Shown: in pieces, positions 45,802-48,192 of the stretch
Position numbering within the stretch: position 1 is the stretch's first letter
Layout: each line of letters starts with the position of its first letter
Assembly (NCBI GenBank): GCA_031416315.1
Contig: JANOTL010000157.1
Coordinates: forward strand, 1-48,192
Length of the DNA stretch: 48,192 bases
Source: Pseudomonadota bacterium
GTDB taxonomy: Bacteria; Bdellovibrionota_B; Oligoflexia; Oligoflexales; CAIYRB01
Reading direction: 5' to 3'
Notes under the pieces: generated by a model
What the model was told of the DNA's origin: nothing
Databases searched by the model: none
What the model saw: only the letters and a program-made list of their open reading frames with translations
Position numbers and translations under genes: made by a program

Positions 45802-45850
45802 GTAGTGATTCTGTAGTTGGCGGTGTAGTTGATCGAGCCGATCACTACAG
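45802..45850. repeat. Cluster of GTAGT-core repeats (three direct, one inverted)
   Basis: GTAGTGAT 45802, TGTAGTTG 45812, TGTAGTTG 45824, inverted ATCACTACAG 45841. Confidence 0.7.
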
Positions 45851-45888
45851 CCGCGAAGTGCCTGTCCCGCTGCGGCTTCTTCTCGTCG

Positions 45889-45958
45889 TCAGCCTCCCCC
45901 CGAATCGCATTGTCGCGATTGGGGAATCGCTTTGTCGCGAGCGCGGGCTGGAGGCTGA
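45889..45958. repeat. 70-bp element: 9-bp inverted ends enclosing two 17-bp direct repeats
   Basis: TCAGCCTCC...GGAGGCTGA; GAATCGCATTGTCGCGA (45902) and GAATCGCTTTGTCGCGA (45924). Confidence 0.75.
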
Positions 45959-46014
45959 AATCCGTGGCCGAGAAGAGCAAGAATCGACGGCCAGCGTTTG
46001 GACCGGGATGGCCG

Positions 46015-46104
46015 ATTCGGCTCGGCGAAGAGCTGGGTCAGGCCGACGCCGCGGAGCGTCTTGGCGTGTCCAAGGCGCATTTCTGTGACTTCGAGAAGGA
46101 GCGT
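46015..46104 (+). pseudogene. XRE-HTH antitoxin fragment
   Basis: 'IRLGEELGQADAAERLGVSKAHFCDFEKER', an XRE helix-turn-helix with no credible start or C-terminus. Confidence 0.65.
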
Positions 46105-46200
46105 AGAAAATGCCTTTCGCAAAAAACTGTATGCATGAAGCCTCGTCTGCTCACTCAGGCCTTGGTCTTTCATACATGCCAAGACTTCGCAAACATATCG
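46105..46200 (-). pseudogene. Possible integrase core-binding-domain remnant
   Basis: 'EVLACMKDQGLSEQTRLHAYSFLRKAF' resembles the 'GLS..T...Y..LR..F' helix of tyrosine integrases; lies next to a tRNA. Confidence 0.45.
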
Positions 46201-46439
46201 GTCGCCTCGACGGACGGAAATCTCTGCCTAACCCATACACATTTGCATGAGTTCGCTCTGATCGAGTCGAGAGTGCTGCGAAACTGGATCGCTCGAGGGC
46301 AACTCCGGCACAGGCGACTCGCGACTCGAGGTATGTGCCGTTATGCGCGATGGGTCGGCCGTCTGGGTCGGTCGCATCGGAAAGCCGGCGCAAGGCCGGC
46401 GCTCTGGGAGAACGTGGCCGCCTGCTGGCACAAGTTGCC

Positions 46440-47723
46440 TCAGGCCGCGACACGTTGCGGCGCATTCTCCAAGTAGTGCAGCGTGCGCGTAGGCATGTCC
46501 TGGATCGTTTCACCCGTCGCTAAAACGTGCGTGCGGACGTGCGACCCAGCCGGCAGCAGTGCGACGAGCGCATTTTCGAGGATAACTCGGTCCTGGTCGC
46601 CGTGTGCCTGGCGGAGCAGCTTGCCAGCGGTTTGCAGCCGGCGCGCGCGGCCCGGCGTCTCGCCGAGGGCGGTGGCTTTGCGGTGGCTGTCTGAGCCCAT
46701 GATGCCAACCGAGGCGGCGCCGAAGGACAGGCCGATGTCGAGCGCCAGGGGCACCCCGTGTCGTTCGGCGATGGTCGGGCGCGCCTCGATGATGCTCGTG
46801 GCGAAGCGGACGGCCTGCGCCGCCATCTCGGCGGCGCTGGTGCCGTCCACCTGGAAGACGACGACGAACAGCTCGTCGGCGATCCAATCGCTAAAGTGGT
46901 TGCCGAGCGGGAAAGCGGCTTCGAGCAGGCCGTCAATGGCGTTGTAGTAATGCTCGAGCGCCGCGACGACCGTGTCGTCGGTCATGCCCGCGGTCATCTT
47001 CTGGTAGCCGCGCCAGTCCGAGCAGATGCAGATACAGTCGCGGCGGGTGGGGCGGAATTCGGCCTGCTTGCCCTTCGGATCCTTGATCATGGCATCCATT
47101 ATGGCGGCCGGGGTGACGGCGCGCAGGCGGTCGTACTCGTGATGAAAGTTGTTCTTGGTCTGCCGCGCGAGCGCAAGAGCCCAAAGGGTGCCCCCGATCA
47201 GAACGATCGGCACAAAGGCGAACCACATGGCGACCGCGGCCTCATGCGGCGCGTAGGGGATGCCGCCGGCATAGGTCGTCAGGACTGCGGCGAGGTAGGC
47301 ACACAGGTGTCGGAGCGAGGGCGGGTTGACCATGACCGATAAAAGCGTCGTGACCGCAACCCACATCCCGTAGGCAACGACCAGCGGCGAGGTGCCGACG
47401 AGTTGCCAGAGGACGTAAAGGAGGATCATGTTGGCCATGCTGTTCGCGATCGAGCTGATCCAGATCACGTTCACCGCGATGGCGCGGCGGCGGCGGTAAG
47501 CGGCTACCATGCCGAAAGCATTGAAGACGAACAAGAGGGCGGCGGTCAGGACGATGGGGAGCGCCATCCGTTCATCGACGCGGAAGATGTAGTAAATCGT
47601 GCCTTGGACGATTTGGATCGGGATGCTCAGCTTGAGCAGACTCGAGCTTCGCTCGAGGTCGAGCGAGTTCTGCCAGGCGGTCGCGAGCAGCTCACGGCGG
47701 CGATCTCGGGGGGTAGGGGTCAT
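46440..47723 (-). CDS. Membrane-bound class III nucleotide cyclase, non-canonical active site
   Basis: About six TMs; 'CSDWRGY..M', 'DWIADELFVV', 'IGLSFG...VG.MG', 'TALGETPGRARRL'. Confidence 0.85.
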   Translation of the reverse strand: MTPTPRDRRRELLATAWQNSLDLERSSSLLKLSIPIQIVQGTIYYIFRVDERMALPIVLTAALLFVFNAFGMVAAYRRRRAIAVNVIWISSIANSMANMILLYVLWQLVGTSPLVVAYGMWVAVTTLLSVMVNPPSLRHLCAYLAAVLTTYAGGIPYAPHEAAVAMWFAFVPIVLIGGTLWALALARQTKNNFHHEYDRLRAVTPAAIMDAMIKDPKGKQAEFRPTRRDCICICSDWRGYQKMTAGMTDDTVVAALEHYYNAIDGLLEAAFPLGNHFSDWIADELFVVVFQVDGTSAAEMAAQAVRFATSIIEARPTIAERHGVPLALDIGLSFGAASVGIMGSDSHRKATALGETPGRARRLQTAGKLLRQAHGDQDRVILENALVALLPAGSHVRTHVLATGETIQDMPTRTLHYLENAPQRVAA

Positions 47724-47730
47724 GAGAGGC

Positions 47731-47757
47731 TCTTCGGAACGTTCGCGGAAAATTTGA
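47731..47757 (-). promoter_or_regulatory. Putative sigma28-type promoter (near-leaderless)
   Basis: Minus strand TCAA-N15-TCCGAAGA ending 7 bp before the cyclase ATG. Confidence 0.4.
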
Positions 47758-47856
47758 CTCTGACCTGCGATGCCGGTTCACTTTTCGACTTTTTGCGCAG
47801 CAATGCGTGGCACTTGCGGGTACGACGCGGCCAGGGTCGCTGACGGAGAGGAGCAC

Positions 47857-47885
47857 TTGAACAATACCCCTGATGGGGGTACAAC
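47857..47885 (+). promoter_or_regulatory. Sigma70 promoter with overlapping operator palindrome for the TA operon
   Basis: TTGAAC-N17-TACAAC; inverted repeat TACCCC-TGATG-GGGGTA (47865-47881). Confidence 0.7.
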
Positions 47886-47903
47886 TGGCTGGGGAGGTCG
47901 CCG

Positions 47904-48185
47904 GTGATTCGTGCCGTCAAGATCAGCCGTGGCGCCAAGCGCGACATACTCCGGGTGCCGAGCCACATCGCGGACAAGCTGCTCGCCTGGACCAAGCGGG
48001 TCGAAAAAGTCGGGCTCGAGGAGGTGCGGAAGTGCAAGGGCTACCATGACGAGCCACTGCACGGAGAGCGGCAGGGACAGCGGTCGATTCGTTTGAGCCG
48101 TGCTTACAGAGCGATCTACGTCATCGAACGCGACGGGACGATCGAGTTCGTCAACGTCGAGGAGGTCAACAAGCATGAGTACTAA
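47904..48185 (+). CDS. Type II TA toxin, RelE/YafQ/HigB-like mRNA interferase
   Basis: 'GYHDEPLHGERQGQRSIRLSRAYRAIY...V.V.EVNKHEY'; GGAGG RBS. Confidence 0.88.
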   Translation: MIRAVKISRGAKRDILRVPSHIADKLLAWTKRVEKVGLEEVRKCKGYHDEPLHGERQGQRSIRLSRAYRAIYVIERDGTIEFVNVEEVNKHEY

Positions 48186-48192
48186 GACCCGC
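48175..48192 (+). CDS. Start of the probable cognate XRE antitoxin (truncated by the window end)
   Basis: ATG AGT ACT AAG ACC CGC overlapping the toxin 3' end, with GGAGG just upstream. Confidence 0.6.

Noticed and set aside
45802..45958. CRISPR mini-array
   Set aside because: Repeats are 8-17 bp with 3-5 bp gaps, there are no spacer-sized unique segments, and no cas genes.
45829..46476. 215-aa + strand ORF as a real gene
   Set aside because: It is a chimera running through repeats, an HTH fragment and antisense integrase-like sequence, and is not coherent as a protein.

Overview
High-GC bacterial chromosomal segment. The gene content (TIGR02147 protein, Glt/AgmU-like TPR operon, 'GSGGD'-type secreted proteins) points to a predatory Bdellovibrionota/Oligoflexia-like or related deltaproteobacterial host; this is inference. 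From left to right: a truncated four-helix-bundle gene; cyclophilin, YciI-like, membrane and Ycf46-type AAA genes; a DUF4129-DUF4350-MoxR-DUF58 operon converging on RDD-RDD-SpoIIM; an HExxH orphan; a TIGR02147 gene divergent from a secreted zincin-Kelch/WD40 operon; GNATs; and a decayed islet at the 3' end of tRNA-Met(CAT) carrying Phd/ParE and HigBA toxin-antitoxin pairs, a serine hydrolase and an integrase remnant. Then a PepE-GNAT fusion behind eukaryote-type carAB; a thiolase; two small genes each behind a sigma54 promoter; a TPR/cNMP-domain membrane protein; a lytic transglycosylase plus three-TPR envelope operon; and tRNA-Pro(GGG) followed by a second islet with short repeats, gene remnants, a non-canonical class III nucleotide cyclase and a RelE-type/XRE pair. 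No CRISPR array, rRNA or intact transposase was seen. All family assignments come from motif recognition by eye, not database searches.
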